Assembly: GCF_964204865.1 (NCBI RefSeq)
Contig: NC_135252.1
Span: 17,732,001 to 17,796,000, forward strand
DNA length: 64,000 nucleotides
Reading direction: 5' to 3'
From: Styela clava
Lineage: Eukaryota
Below the pieces are notes generated by a model that worked only from the letters and a program-made list of their open reading frames with translations, was not told the DNA's origin and ran no database searches. Both the position numbers and the translations under genes were made by a program. Every line of letters starts with the position of its first letter. Within the stretch, counting starts at the first letter, position 1. Positions 1-14,542 of this stretch are shown in pieces.

Positions 1-3000
1 AAGGTAACCGTAGTCTGTCATGCTTGTTCTTTTTAGATCGTCGTTTTTCTTTTCTGTTCGGTTTGAAAATAAGAGATGATGTTATTCGTTGAAAAGATTT
101 TATTGTGCAAGTCTTAATAAACATTACTGAAACTACTGATGAAACTTATGTCAGTGATTCCAAAACTGCACGTACTAAGGCATTGCTCGACAATTTTGTG
201 TACATTGCAAAACATCAATCCATTTCTTAATAAATTTAGTTCTATCCGCCAATATTTGAAACTTATTAATATAAATGATCGAATCTTCTGGAATTGAAGT
301 TGAAAAGATGGTAATTTCCATGATACCAATAAAGCAAGGTGAAAATACTGAACTTCTGAACTCCCATTTTCAATATTTATCCACTCTTTGGTAAAAATAT
401 ATTTATAGATGTATTACAAAATCTTCAAACCAACCTCTCAAGATCTGATTTAACTCTTTGTTTAGAAGCAGAAGTTCCAGCAAGACCCAATGCAGATTTA
501 TTTCCAGAAAGATGTTTGGTTCGGTTTATGGCTTTCAAATTGCCAGATCCAACGGCTACTTCTCTCTTTGCCATCTTCAAACTTTTACCATCCCAGTCTT
601 TCATCTGATACCTGAACAACGAAGCAATTTCAGTTATGAGGTAAAACTGTGTGCTCAAGATGGAAAAAAATTCAAGTGGAGGACATATTAATAGTAACAA
701 TAAAATGTATAGTCCATGTAAAATGTTTAGTCCATGAATCAGACATGAATAAATGGTTAACTACTGTATAACTAGATCGGTGGTTGGGCATATGAACAAG
801 TTTTCTTATTCGTTTTCGCTCCACAAAAAAAAATATTAAAATCCTAACCTAATCTAAAGGAAGAGTAAAGCATTGGAACTAATAGATAATAAATCCTTTT
901 TAGTGAAAAGATTTCAAAAAATAATAGTCTTACATTTTGGAACGTTTTCACTATCGTTGTTTCATGGAGCATCACACTATTACACACAAGATAGCAAGTA
1001 ATAATAGAAAGCATGTAAAAATGTTTACCTTTTCTCAGCGATTTCCAGTGTAAGATGAAGTAATTCCCATTTTCCTTTCTCTCGTCGCTTTATCATTTCT
1101 AATATCGTTACAGCTCTACTCAAATCTCTTCTTAACTTCAACATCTTTTCATACGAGGCTTCATCATTCTTACGATTCTATGAGATATTTAAATTGGTTA
1201 AATATTTATTATTTATCTATTCAAAAATTTCTCGTGAAAGACGAATCATGTCTTCACTCTGAACAAAACTAAGCAGTTAGCTGCTAAGTTTTTCGAAAGA
1301 CCGGAACTTTTACAGCACAGCATGTATAGTCTGTCAAAATTTTGAGCGTAGGGTACGACTCAAGAAATCAATATACATGATGCAATCCTGCCGCAATAAT
1401 ATCAAGGTTTACAAACACCCTTTGAAACACACAGATTCGATATTAAAACAGTTATGTCCGACAACAAAACAGTTGGATCCCCAAATATCGAAATTAAATC
1501 ACATCGTAATCCGTATATTGCCTAATATGGCACGGAGCATAGAAACTGGCCTAATTATGTATATATAATTATTTTGTGAAAACAAATAACGGTAAGAGAA
1601 AAATCACCTTTCTTGTTTGCATTTTCTCAGTTCTTCGACGAAAAGCAACATAAGAATCTCCACTAGATGATCCATCCCTTCTCTCCTGCCGAACCTACAT
1701 GAAATCATAGAAAAGCTAAAAACACGGCTCTGTCCAAATATCATCTAGTACAGGGTGGTCCGAACCCAGGCCCGCGGGCCACATGTGGCCCGCCGCTTCA
1801 TTATCTGTGGCCCGAGTCGCCTTTGCTGAAGGGTAATCAAAAAATCGCATTTGATGTTGTTTCGTCATAAAATTAATCAGAAAATCTCTTTGAAAGATTC
1901 ACCGGCTTTGTATCTTTTTGATCGGGAATAAATATTCAAACAGGTATAATAAATAAATATCAATGTTATGGCCTGAGAATATAATTCCTTCCGGTGAATT
2001 TTTGCAACCAGCATAAACAGTATTACAAAAAATTCTACTTTCTCCGTTGTGAATAGTTTGAATCTTATAATAAACATAAATATAGAAAAACTTTTGCATG
2101 TTTCGGTGATTTTTCTGGTGTATTTTGCATGTTTTAGCTTGGTAAATGACGAATAATGATAAATTGTTTGCACAATAAAGTGTTTGTTTCGTATTGCCTT
2201 GTTTATCTATTTCTGACACTATTGTGGCCTGCGAACAATGCAAAAATAATTTTGTTGTCCGCGAAGGCGACAACCTTAGACCACCCCGATCTAGTAGCAA
2301 TAATGAAGCTCACATCTCATATGGATATTTAAAGAATAGACTTACAAGTTACAATCCATTTCAAAGTATTATTAAAACATTTCAAATATCATCATATGTC
2401 CTATTAAAAACTCGTATACCAAATCAAGTTAGAATCATTCACAATTTATGGCCAAAATTCAAAATGCAAAACTTAAAATCTAGACTTGAGCAAAAAATAA
2501 CTGATTTTAGAAATTTAGGAAATTCATGCTGTTGAAAATTGTGGAGTGTTGAAATTCGTTCGCAGTCTCAAACTTACATGAAACGTTACTGCTCCTCCAG
2601 CTGGTTTTGCTCTTTTCTGCAGCCAGTAATCATAAACAGCTTTAATCAAATCATCGTCTTCTTTTAATAAAAGTTTGGCTTCTTGAAGAGTGACAACCTA
2701 GAAAAGAAATTTTTGCATGATTGCTAAAAAAGAAAAGCTCAAAATTTTTACATAACACATAAAACGTAATTGTTTGCGAACACAACTGCTAAATGGATTA
2801 AATAATTAATATTCCGGTTCAAGAATAATTTCACCTCAAACTTGCCATTACCAATACTGATAGCTTGAAAATAGTACACAATCGACGGAATTTTCTACAT
2901 TTCCAAATTACGTTTTTATATTATAATCGATTTAAGAATATTTCAACCTCAATTAAGCATGCGTTATTCAGAATACGATGGGATTCATTTTTTCATTACT

Positions 3001-6000
3001 TTTTTCTGTGTTTTATATTTTTACATAATTTCTAGCAAACAGTCTCATTTCTCTTAATATCATATGCCAAATGAAGAATATCGAATAGCATACTATGTAA
3101 TCCTAATTCTACTTGGCTGTAACAAACCTGATTTCCACACGACTTCTCCAATCTGTCAATCATTTCTTCAAACTGAATCTCCGAAATATCCAATCCAGTT
3201 CTTTTGTTTGTGTCTTTCACCCATCGCTCATCTTCACTGTCCATGTCATAGTCTGGTTTCTCTTGCTCCATAATGGAGTTAAGGGCTTGTGCTGAACAGA
3301 TAAAGAGATTGAAAGGTAAGAATACGGACAATGGAGTACAACCAAATTAGATCATGTCACATTTTAAGGTTCTGAGTTAATTACATTTTCGTAATAGTTC
3401 GGTTGTAACAGCCGAACCTAAAACTGGTCATAAGGCACTTATCAATAATCAAAACTAAAACAGATACAGGTTTGAAACTCAGACCAAAAGATGAACCCGT
3501 GTTCATAATGAGAGAATATCAAAAAAAAATGTGACATGGACTAATTTGTTTTTTTTTGCTGTAATTTGATAGACAGAAAGTGATTTTTTGAATAGTTGGG
3601 GACATATGGGAACACTTTATTCCATCATGTTCCACCAATTTCACCAACTCTGTGCTCAGCCGAGGTCTAGTTAGCAGTAGAGATGTACCGATACCACTTT
3701 TGTCGCCGATACCGATCCGATACCAGCTAAAAACGCCGATACCGATACGCCGATACTACAATAAGGCCGATATTACCGATACTATGTAATTGTTACTTAA
3801 TTAGGTGTGCTGTGTAAGGCAGGCGGGTTAAAACAATGGTTTTTGAACGCTGTTCATAGTACACATTATTTCAGATCGAAAAAAAAAGATATATTACATA
3901 ATATGAAATTAATGTTTGGTATACATATGCTTTAACTGATTAAGATACATTGTACAGTAAAGCTAGTAATCTCGGTGTTTAATTAGAAAACTCATAAGCC
4001 GGGATGTCCAATTTGAATTTAATGTTAATATCGCGACCTTCGAATATCGTTATTCGTGTGTAAAAGAATATCGAATATCACCCACACATTCTAGCGGCGC
4101 CGTCCTACGTTCAAATTAAATAAATAACAAATATTTTATTTCGTGGCTAATCGAAATCGTCGACGCAATAAGTCGAAGCCAACATGAAAGAATATCAATC
4201 AGCACCGACCAAAAGAAGGCCTACCTATAACCGTCGAGGATGTTTTTCCACTACACTATTTTATATTATTATAAAATTGTCATCATATATTTTGAGACAG
4301 TCTAGGGCTAGGCGGTCATGTCAATATATCTATAAAGATATTGTGTAGTTAAACAAAAATAAAATTAATACATGCGTAGAGGGATAATTGTGTCGGAATT
4401 TAGTTTATCGATGTCGACGGACTAAATGACACTCGTACTTGACGACAATCAGTTAGAATTTATACCCGTGCCAAAAGTCCATGTGCCGTTAATAAGGACC
4501 CCAATTCCACTGTATGCTTTTTGTTATGTGCTGTGTTGATACATTTTTTTATAATTACTATGTAATATTATGGATGTCAATATAAAAAGTTGACAGCGAA
4601 AATAGCCAAATTAGTCGAGCTAGTTTGGCTGATAAATAGCTAAAAACACGTGCATCCTATTCTCTCGCAGGGGTGGGGACATGTATGGCTCATAGCTCAC
4701 GATCTCTCCAGACAAAAAATAAATTCAAAAGTAGTATTCCAACTTATCTTTTAAAACATTCTGGATCATATCAAAAAGATAAATATATCGGAAATATCGG
4801 CCTTATTCTAACCGATACTTGGCCGATACCGAAAAAATGGCCGATATTGCCGATACCGATACATCGGTACATCTCAAGTTAGCAGTACCGATGCATGATC
4901 TAAATGCCCATATAATTGAATATTACTCTATTGCTTTGCAAATCCCTTTGAGTTTGGAATCACAAATATATACATTGAAAAGAATTGACTTGATACAACT
5001 AAACTAAATTTTATTCAGATTTCGCTGCAATTCCGGATAGTCAAACAATTTGAAGTTGGGACATTTTAAAAAAATTATTTTTCTAAAATTTACCATTTTG
5101 TGTGTTATTAAAAAAAATTTTACTTGTTCTAAAATAATATGTAAACACGAAAGGTATTCCATGTCACATTAGATATTATGATGGATGGATGGATGGATGA
5201 AATTCAGAGTATAAGTAGAAAATGGGATCTACCATAATATTATAATATTCGTTTTATCATTAGAAAAATATTTAGCTACAGAGAAAAAATGCTTGACAAT
5301 ACTAATATTTACAGACTGGAAAATAAAATCTTTTCAAATATTAACTTCCTCTTTGTGGAAGATAGCTAACTCAACAAATCTAGTTCAAAATTTTATGAAT
5401 GGGATTACGACTTGTATATCACAGCACCAGACATCAAACATGAACGGTGGATCATTAACCATGACCAAATACAAATATATTTACACAACGGCGGAACAAA
5501 ATATGAAAACAAGCTGTGTGGATTGGAGTAGGAGAGTAAGCAAGAGCTAATGTTCTGGCAAAAACACAACGCCGCCATTTATTTACTCTATGATTTATTT
5601 TGTAGTAATTAACGCCACACAAATTCTATCCATCAAAAGATTTGTGAATTACGTATCAGCAGTTGATTCTATCTATTTACTATTAGACAAGGACTAGTGA
5701 AATGAAACTCCTCTGAAAAAACCTAATGGAAAAAAACCAACAAATACCTTGATTGTGTATATATTGCTTTGGAACTCGAAATTGCTTCTTATAAATGTTG
5801 TTATAATATTCCACGCCAAGTTCTGCCTCAGGAACCGGGATCACCATTACTTTCTTATCACCGTATACTTGCTGTGCAGATATAGCTCGCTGTAAGTGAT
5901 GTTCCTAAAAATAAAATATGAATAGTAAGCAGTGTTTATGATCAGAGTGCCAGACAGCGGTGATTCAATTTGGTTAGCTAGTGCATAGGTTCTCAAAGTG

Positions 6001-9000
6001 CTCCGTACGAAGCCCCAGGGCTCCGCGAGAGTAACCCAGGGGCTCCGCGAGCTATTCGATTACTTTTCAAAATACTGACTTGGCTAATTTAAAACTGTTC
6101 CTAGAAGCAATACTAGCTTTGACGAAATTTGACAAATATAGCCTCGAAATATGGCAAAGGGGCGGAATTAAAAAATGACATTATTTATAAGCAGGAGCGC
6201 AGCCAGGATTCTTAAGAGGGAGGAGGTTCAAAATTGAAATCGGAAATTTACGCGCAACATTTTTGACGATTCAAAAAAAACGGATAACGAGATCTCTGTT
6301 GCGTAAAATATTCAATTCATGACCGATGCGAGCATCTAAAGGGTCTTGTCGTAATAATTTAATTGTGCTCATCGTTACTCACATTCGATTCGAAATTACT
6401 ATTAGGATTACTAAAATGATAAAATACTAGTCTAAAACAACATAAACTGCGTGATAAACTGCTAACTATAAATAAAATAGAGTCGTATTTTTGCGATCTT
6501 GGGATTTGTTAAACTTTATTTGTTCTTTCGCACTCGAGATTATTTTTAAGCAAGATGTCGCCGTTTGAAAAATCACAAGGTCTTGGCAAAATACGAACGA
6601 TAGAAATTCATTTTAGTGCATGCGGCTCTGTCGGTAGTTTCAGAAAGGAAAAATGGTACATCGCACGCATAATTAAATGACTGTGTTTCAGTTTCGCAGT
6701 TACTACGATGAATAACCGAAAACCTAACAAAACACAAAATTTTCTGATTTTCGATGTCTATAACAGCGTTTTTATTCTGACGTGATTCTGCTGAAACAAA
6801 ACTTATAGTGTTATCTTCCATTTTAAGTTTTAGTTCTAATATTTTAGAAGGCCGCTTTTTAATCAAGAAATTTAAATTGCAGATTTACCTCTTTATTAAC
6901 TATTATTTTTAGCATTTCGTCGCCGATGATTATAATATGGTAACATGTTTTTCACATTGAACTCATAATTCCCCACGAGAAAGAAAAAGCAATTATCGTC
7001 GTCATTGTGGAACAATACATGCATATGCCGAAGGAAATTTTTTATTTAGGGAGAATAAACACCGGCGTAAAGATGTTTGAGGTTCAAAACACGCCATGCT
7101 GACGAAAACAATCGGCGATTGTAACAAAATGCAATCGCGCACGTTATTAGCAGCCTTTTAAGTCTTCCAAAAATGTCAAAAGGGAGAAGATTCAATTTAC
7201 AAAGATACAATTTATCTTTGAAATTTAGATTTATTTATGACTTGTATTAACCCTATTAAAAGTGTTTAGTATTTAAATTGAGTGAAGTACGTTTAACTTA
7301 CTCAGGAATATTAATCAGAAAGTAACAATTTTAACATTTATTTTGGGGCTCCGTGAATAATAGTCAACCTTTTCAAGGGCTCCGCAACATCAAAAGTTTG
7401 AGAACCCCTGAGCTAGTGTACAAAAAAGCAGCCAGGATTCTTTTAGGGTATGGGGGTACATTCAATATAAAATTCAAACAGTGTGGCAAAGATGCAATTC
7501 GCCAACTAACAGATCTTGAAAACGATTGTATGTCTGGTGCCGCTATTGCGTGTTAAGGTGATGACATACAGAACTACAGAACAGAAAACAAAGTTGTTTG
7601 TTCTGAGCAAAAAGGTTGAACACTCAACACTCCATTGTCAAATGGGGGCTACAAACACCCACAAGAATCCTCCCTGCTGGCTGCGCCCCTGACTGAGCTG
7701 GATTTTTAGGTCTATAATAACAGATAGAGCATGAAGCCAAGCTTACCCTGATAGACAGAGTTACCAAAAAGATTTCCTTATACTTTATAAAAAAAAGAAA
7801 ACTTATTCAGCTTTTTTTATTAATATTAATATTCAATTTCTAATATTAATTTAAAAATGTTTTCAACATAAATCTGCATTATTTGAGGTTCAAAGTCTAC
7901 TTTTAAAATTTGAAAACCATGCGAAACCATTAAAAAAAGAAAGCAAAAGAAAAAGTTTGTCGAAATATTATACCTTTATATTCAAACACAGACTCACTCC
8001 TGTTTGGGATGAAATATCAAGCCAATTTTTCCAGCCAGTAAAAATCGATCATACTCAATTTGGGCAAAACAGTAAACAAACACATCATTCATTGGGAAGG
8101 AAAATAGTATGGCATGCTTGTGATAATGATATTTTTAATACTTTGCTTTTTGAAATACTGAAATAAATTAATGTAGTACAAATACGTCTGCATGTGCTGC
8201 AAACTGCTTAAATAATGCCCAAAATAAATGTTTGACTAGCAAATATTGCAAGATAAACGCCTTAACTGCTTAAATAATGCCAAACAAGAAGGTGATGTAA
8301 AAAAGTCTGTATCGTGCGATATGAAAATTACTGACAGGCGCGTTTTGTTCAAATCTCACCTACTCAATTTTCAACTGAGTAGTATGTTCCATGCCAAATG
8401 GGAGATAGTATTTTTTATTTAAAAACATAATTACTGTTCCGTTTCTGTTTGTGTCAATTAACTGACTTTCGACCTATGCAAAAATACGCATCGTCACCAT
8501 AATTTTGCGAGACAAGACCCTTGCGTCAAAGCACCGGTTGGGATGTTCCGGTTAATAAATAATTTTACCCATATTTATGGTGTTAAGTGTAGACGTAGCT
8601 ATAAAATCCAAACCGGTAAATATGTAGTCAAATGTGAATGAACGCCCATGGAAATTAGGTCGCAATAGCAGATACAAGAATTGCTGAGAGCCGGTGTACA
8701 ATGACAGTAGGGAACAGTTTTCCGATTCCAAGAATACCCTCCACATTAAAAACATCAATTATACCAGTGAGAGCAAACCCCTCCCTTACAAGACAGTCTG
8801 GGCCTCAAACAGCAAAAACTGGCACTGCGCAATAAACTGAAAATGTCACCATTGGATTATTAAAAAAATATAATCACATACGAGAAAAATATTTACTGTA
8901 GCATTCAAGAGTTTTTAGCAAAAAAAAAACACAATTTTAGTCACATGACTGCTGTCACAAACGTCACAATCTATTTAAATTACTATCGAGACACATTTGA

Positions 9001-11781
9001 TGAGATCTGACTCATCTGCTGTTGTGCCAGACGTCCTCGTTTCGGAGACAAAAAGAGTGTTTGTTTTATTGAACCAAATGTCAGGACATCAATTAGAGAA
9101 CTGTGCCTACTGAATGGCTTGCATTTCGTGACATCGGTCAAGCTCTTTCCCAGGTCATATTTTTTGACCATATTTTCTCAATGCTATAGGTAAATTTGAG
9201 TCTCCTGTAGCACACGCCTCAAGTACTTTTAGTTAACTTGACTCAACAATTTTTACATATGTCATTCCTAACCCCCATCTGACTACATCATCTGAAATTT
9301 ACATCACTGCGATGACGCAGTTACATAATACAGCCCTCCAAAGTGTACGTATGGTCGCGTAGATCAGAGTTTTCCAGAGAACTTTTTGGGCCGCGCACCC
9401 CTGTTCGTGAATCTTATTTTTTACGGACTCCCATCCTATGCGTATTAATTTATATGCCTAACCAACGAGGAAGAATAATGTTTCATCTGGATTCAGAACA
9501 CAACAACACAAATGACATTGATGTGACGGATCAATTTGTGACGAGAAAACTTGTAGGCCCGACTCTACGGCAGCGATTCTATACAGTTTTACATATGTTT
9601 TGACAAAATAAAATTCCTGAAGGTCTGATTCATACATACTAACGTTAAATATTCGTAGGCTAAGGGCAAATCGATAATTGCACCTCTATATTCGGACTGT
9701 CGGTACTTATCGAAAATGTGGAAGTAATGGGGCTAATTTGATGCTGTGTACTTGGATAGTCTCACACAATTAACTGGGTTTTAACGCCTCATTCCTGCAG
9801 CAACAGGGCTCAAACAGTACAACACACTATCCAAATTCTAAGAATTTCCCTCCAATTGGTGCAATAAAACAAACACTCGATGTGTCTGACAAACGAGGGG
9901 CGTCTGGCACCACATCAGATGCGTTATACCGCGCCATGCTTGTCTCAATATTAATCTAAATTATTCGCAGCCGTCACATGACCGAAAGTGCCGAGTTTTG
10001 CTAAAAACTCTCGAATGCCACGCAACTTCATTATACTATATTTTCCCCGATATTGAGGGACAACAATGTCCAGACGTCTCCCAAAGGAAGGATGTCTGAT
10101 CATTGGTAAAATGGGTTTCTCTGAACGAGACAATGTCACCTGTATAGTGTGCCATACTGTCAAATGATCTTGGCAAAGTGGCACAGGTTCTCGACTGGTG
10201 ATAACTCAATAACACATACAGTCAATTATTACCAACCATGTAGCTCTGTGACTGTCTACCTCGTAGAGGTTGAAAGCGAGGATCGTCTTTATCTCGTTAA
10301 CTAATGTCTATGTAACAGTGAATATGCGTTGTATATATATTTCAGACTCTTAATACCGCTGCGGACCTCCTGGGTAGTCGTCTCGGACCCGAACCCCAGT
10401 TTGGGAAACCCTGGCGTAGACAATCATTCGAAATCGAGCAAGCTATTTCTGTTGTTTTCTCGTCCAAACCATACCGATAAGATAGAGATCGCTGACGTTA
10501 GTGATATCATTATAGTCGGCACAGATGCTATTTCAGATGATCGTAGCTATTTTTTGTCAAGCTTCATGACGCGATTGTGACGTCGTAGTGATGTAATTTT
10601 TGGGTGACATACTCTGGTGGGGTTTAAGAATATTATATTAATAAAAATGTTATGCTATGCCCACTAGAAGTATTTGAGGGCGCCTAATTCAGGAGACCCG
10701 TAAATTTTGTGTGACTTGTTAGATATGATTATTCACATTAATGAATTTAGTGTAGAATGTTTGGGTCGTGATTTTCTAACTACAGCTTGGTTTTTTTATG
10801 TTAATAAGAAGGTAATTTGGTTCTGGTATAGTTTAGTACCACATGCACTTCTAGTTGGCCTGGCTCAACAATTTTTGCATATGCCAATCCTAACCCCCAC
10901 CTGAATACGTCACCGAAAAATTATGTCATTTCGACGTCACAGTGGCGTAATAAGGCCCACCAATATAAGCGGATGGTCGTTCAAAACGCGCAGATAATCA
11001 CCCGAAATCGAGCAAGCTATTTCTTTCATTTTCCGTCACGATAGGAGAGAGATCGCCGGCGTTAGCGAGTTCGTTATCGGCGGCGCAGATGCCATTTCGG
11101 GTGATCGTAATTATACTTTGGCAATCTCTATGACGTGTTTATGTCGTGTTTGTGACGTCGTATTGGCATAATTTTTGGATGGCATAGTCAGATGGGGGTT
11201 AGGAATAACATATGCCAAATTCTTTTTGATACGCCAACTGGAAGTACCTGTGGTACTAAACTATACTAGACCCGGTAATTTGACATTTTATGACAGCTTA
11301 TTTATTGTTTAAATAGATATTTTCAATTTCATTTGCTTATTTTTGTTTTACCGAGGTTGGTCAAAGCATTAATCATGCCATTAACGTTGTTTATCTGTCA
11401 GGAATGCTTTTTATGGTTTTATTGCAATTTTTATAAATGTTGGTAATCACAAGGAAAAATAGTGTAGAATTGGGGAAAATCCCACACATATCTTTTATTG
11501 TAAACAAATGGATAGAAGAAACAGGTTCCCGCTCTTGTATAAAACACGCCTCTGTAGCATCATCTAGCGGTCACAAATTTTAACCCGTTTTCTGGTAATG
11601 GCGGCTGAATTCATAATTTTGAACTTACCGATTCCTCCTCTTTTTCCATTCCTGTGGGCATTTGAGGCACTGCTCGATTAAGAACAGAGTAGTCTGGAAG
11701 ATCGGAAACCTCATGCTTTCGATATATCGGCATAGACTTCGTGGCGTCCAGCGCCCGAGCCCTGAAAGACAGCTTACTCAT
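1..11781 (-). CDS. EPC1: Enhancer of polycomb homolog (NuA4/Tip60 subunit), 5' portion; gene continues beyond the left edge
   Basis: Exons (minus): 11629-11781 MSKLSFRARALDATKSMPIYRKHEVSDLPDYSVLNRAVPQMPTGMEKEEES; 5748-5904 EHHLQRAISAQQVYGDKKVMVIPVPEAE...; 3128-3291 ...EKPDYDMDSEDERW...FEEMIDRLEK; 2578-2697 VVTLQEAKLLLKEDDDLIKAVYDYW; 1608-1694 ...YVAFRRRTEKMQTRK; 1029-1177 NRKNDEASYEKMLKLRRDLSRAVTILEMIKRREK; ~435-611; ~1-53. GT-AG junctions are phase-consistent and the motifs match the EPcA domain of vertebrate EPC1/EPC2. The last two exon boundaries are less certain. Confidence 0.96.
3678..4877. mobile_element. Non-autonomous hAT (Ac-like) element in EPC intron 2
   Basis: TIR TAGAGATGTACCGAT...ATCGGTACATCTCAA; perfect 8-bp TSD GTTAGCAG (3670-3677 / 4878-4885); clustered subterminal CCGATA repeats. 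Confidence 0.85.
5984..7410. mobile_element. Non-autonomous hAT (Charlie-like) element in EPC intron 1
   Basis: TIR CATAGGTTCTCAAA...TTTGAGAACCCCTG; perfect 8-bp TSD AGCTAGTG; GGGCTCCG subterminal motifs at both ends. Confidence 0.85.
9365..10413. mobile_element. hAT-type element nested inside a long-TIR MITE (host ~9190-10706)
   Basis: Ends CAGAGTTTTCC...GGGAAACCCTG; TSD GCGTAGAT/GCGTAGAC; the host sequence is uninterrupted in the neighbouring copy (~10975-11020). Confidence 0.75.
10815..11281. mobile_element. Long-TIR MITE (intact copy of the family interrupted at ~9190-10706)
   Basis: Imperfect inverted termini of ~130 bp (TATAGTTTAGTACCAC...CCTAACCCCCA / TGGGGGTTAGG...GTGGTACTAAACTATA); internal GAAATCGAGCAAGCTATTTC shared with ~10430. 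Confidence 0.75.
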
Positions 11782-11911
11782 GGCCGTTTTTGTTCCAACC
11801 CTAGTCTATTTCTACGTCCAAAATCCCACTTTTCTCAGAATATAAGTAATTCCTGTAAGTCTGATAGGTGTACGACACCTATTCAGAGCCGTAACTCCGC
11901 GCTCCGGCCCT

Positions 11912-11983
11912 TCAAATCTCTCCATAGCATCGCGGTAATCCACCGAATTTTGCCTTCTCGGTCTTTGTTAAAACGTCCATCAT
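11912..11983 (-). other. Candidate upstream ORF (23 aa, MMDVLTKTEKAKFGGLPRCYGEI) in the EPC 5' leader
   Basis: ccgccATGATGG Kozak-like start; TGA at 11912-11914; then 130 ATG-free nt before the EPC start at 11781. Confidence 0.45.
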
Positions 11984-14542
11984 GGCGGATCGACCGAGCT
12001 GTTATGTCCCACAATGCAACTCAACAAAGAACCGTGCGGCTGCGCACAAGCGTTCTGCGCAGTGTTCCCACGCCCAACAACAACCTTCCCATTTCCGAAA
12101 CGGTTCATGCTTCGTCAACAAGCCTCCAGTGGACGCATTGGCCATGGCGAAAGTCTCGTGATAATGATGACGATGCCAAAGGCAGCGAAGGGAAATTTGG
12201 AACATCGCCGAAATTAAAGTCGGTGCTTTCTATTTTTGCGTAATTAAATACATGTGACGCCTGCGTATTTCCCAATAGAAGTTATGGAATAATCACATTC
12301 ACTTCCAATTTATTTAATTTTGCACACATCTACCAAGATCTGAACATCAAAGAATATCATCAACGGATCCAAAAACTAAAATAAGGGCCAAATGAAACTA
12401 TCAATTGTCTGTTTCAACCCAATAAGTGACAAATTCTGGTTCAAAAATATGGTTGCACCTCTGATATTAGTCCATATACTTGGCAGGCAAAGTAGTATAA
12501 ACAAGTTGCTTGAATTAAATAATTTTGTTTCATATATATATTTATATACTTTATTTTTATAAAGGACTTCGATCACCAGAGGTTTTCCTCGATATCATTC
12601 AGATACAGAATTTTAAAAATGACACATGACAAAATAACAGATATGTTTTTGACATCCAAATTGTTTTTCCCTGTAATATGAGGGACTTTGCATACCACTG
12701 TGGCAGATAATAATATCAACTTTGGTGTTTCGCTCACGTAAGCCTGGCAATGGCACTTCATGAAACTTGTGCATAAGAGCTGGGTCAGGAAATCTGCCTA
12801 TATGAGATAAGTTTCACTATTCACGACGCATGTTGGAATTTGTAAAAATGGTAATAACATAGAAAACAAAATTTTCACCCCTGTGGTCTTAATGATGATA
12901 ATAATGAATAGGCTTAGACGGAAAATAATTATTCTAGCGAACAATGTAACAAATATTTCAGATTGATCAAAAATCTCATTAAAAAAAAAGAATAGCTCAT
13001 TTATAGACATTGTGGACTATTACAATGTAGAACCATTATACAGGGAATGTGATGAAACTTCAATTTAGGAATTAAAGCTCACTGACAAAATTTTGACCTT
13101 GTTCAGAATACTGTAACTAATGTAGAGGACAAAACATTGCTTTACGAGTATGTGACAGGCACTGTACTGTTGATGGCCAAATTGGCAATTCCAGTCGAAT
13201 GAAATTTAACGATACAACTTTTTTAGCAGAATTAAATATAGTCAGAAGCATTAATTGTAATGTTAGCATTTGAAAACTTCTGTTCTCTGAAATCCTAATT
13301 CCAAATAAATTTCTGATTCCAATCAAACACACGAGATCCCCCACATAAGAGTATTTAATTAAGCAGGAACTGCAGGAACTATCATATTGACAATCTTTCT
13401 ATCTAGCTTCTCAGCCCCGATAAAAAATCCATGTTTGAGGAATCAAATAGCACTATTCATTTGTAAACCGGTGCACTGTTACTAGATAATGTGTTCAGAT
13501 AAATATGTTGATTGTGAATATGTTGCACAAAGGCCCCATTTATACTGTCAGAGAAAAAAAGAGTGGAACCCAACATTCAGCGGGGCGGAAGTAACCATGT
13601 AAAGAAGGGGTTGTGCAACCTGCGTCCCGCGGGTTAAACGCAGCCCACAAGCAAAAATGAAGTGCCAATTTTAAATAGTGTGTAGTTTAATCTGGTATGT
13701 GCGAGTAATTCCAGCCCCTTTGTGATGAAAACCCTATACCACAGTTCAATTTATTATCAATGCATATGACATAACAATGCCCTAACAGGCCAATAATAAT
13801 AAACAAACCAATAAAAAAGGAGAGTGACTGGAAGCATTTAGTGCCCATCAACAGCCTAAACCTAAAAAACAGCCAACAGCTAGCTTGTGCGAAGCGAACA
13901 ACAAATGCCATAAGATCAATAACCAAAATTTTTGCGCCTGCAACTACTATAAAGCCTATGGTAAATAAAAGTGTGGCCCCTGGTTCCACCCAGTTATTTG
14001 TATCGGGCGTTGCTGAATTAATGGTTGTACACCCCTAATGTAAAGTATCGTTATGGAATAAGACCAATATAACAAAAACAGAAAATCCAAGTTGGACAAA
14101 ATTCTGAGATTCGTACCCGGTGTAGACTATGAGAAACTGACCATTACAAATATGGATACATTTCTAATTTTTTCAGAACAGCTTGAACAAGTGTATTCCT
14201 TCAATTAAAGTTTATAATAAACACTTCATTACAATTCAGAATAGAGATGTAATTCTATACCAGTTTTGTCGATGCGGAGAAGCGAACTTCAACTGAGACG
14301 TGCTAATTTTAAAATTTTCATCGTTTATTTTTGTTTTTAAAATAGAAATGTTCAACTTTGCAGATCTTGTAGAATGAGAGTTATATAATTGGATTCAACT
14401 AGATTCAAAAAAATTATTTATTTCGATACATCTCTACTCTGACTATCAAATTTGGTTATAGTTTCCCCACCTAATTATCGGAATTATTAACACAATTAAA
14501 GGTTTCTTGATTAGATACATTGGAGATTGAATCATCAAGTAA

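Noticed and set aside
11662-12243. 193-aa plus-strand ORF
   Set aside because: Antisense to EPC exon 1 and its leader, non-ATG start, no recognisable motif; explained by locally higher GC content.
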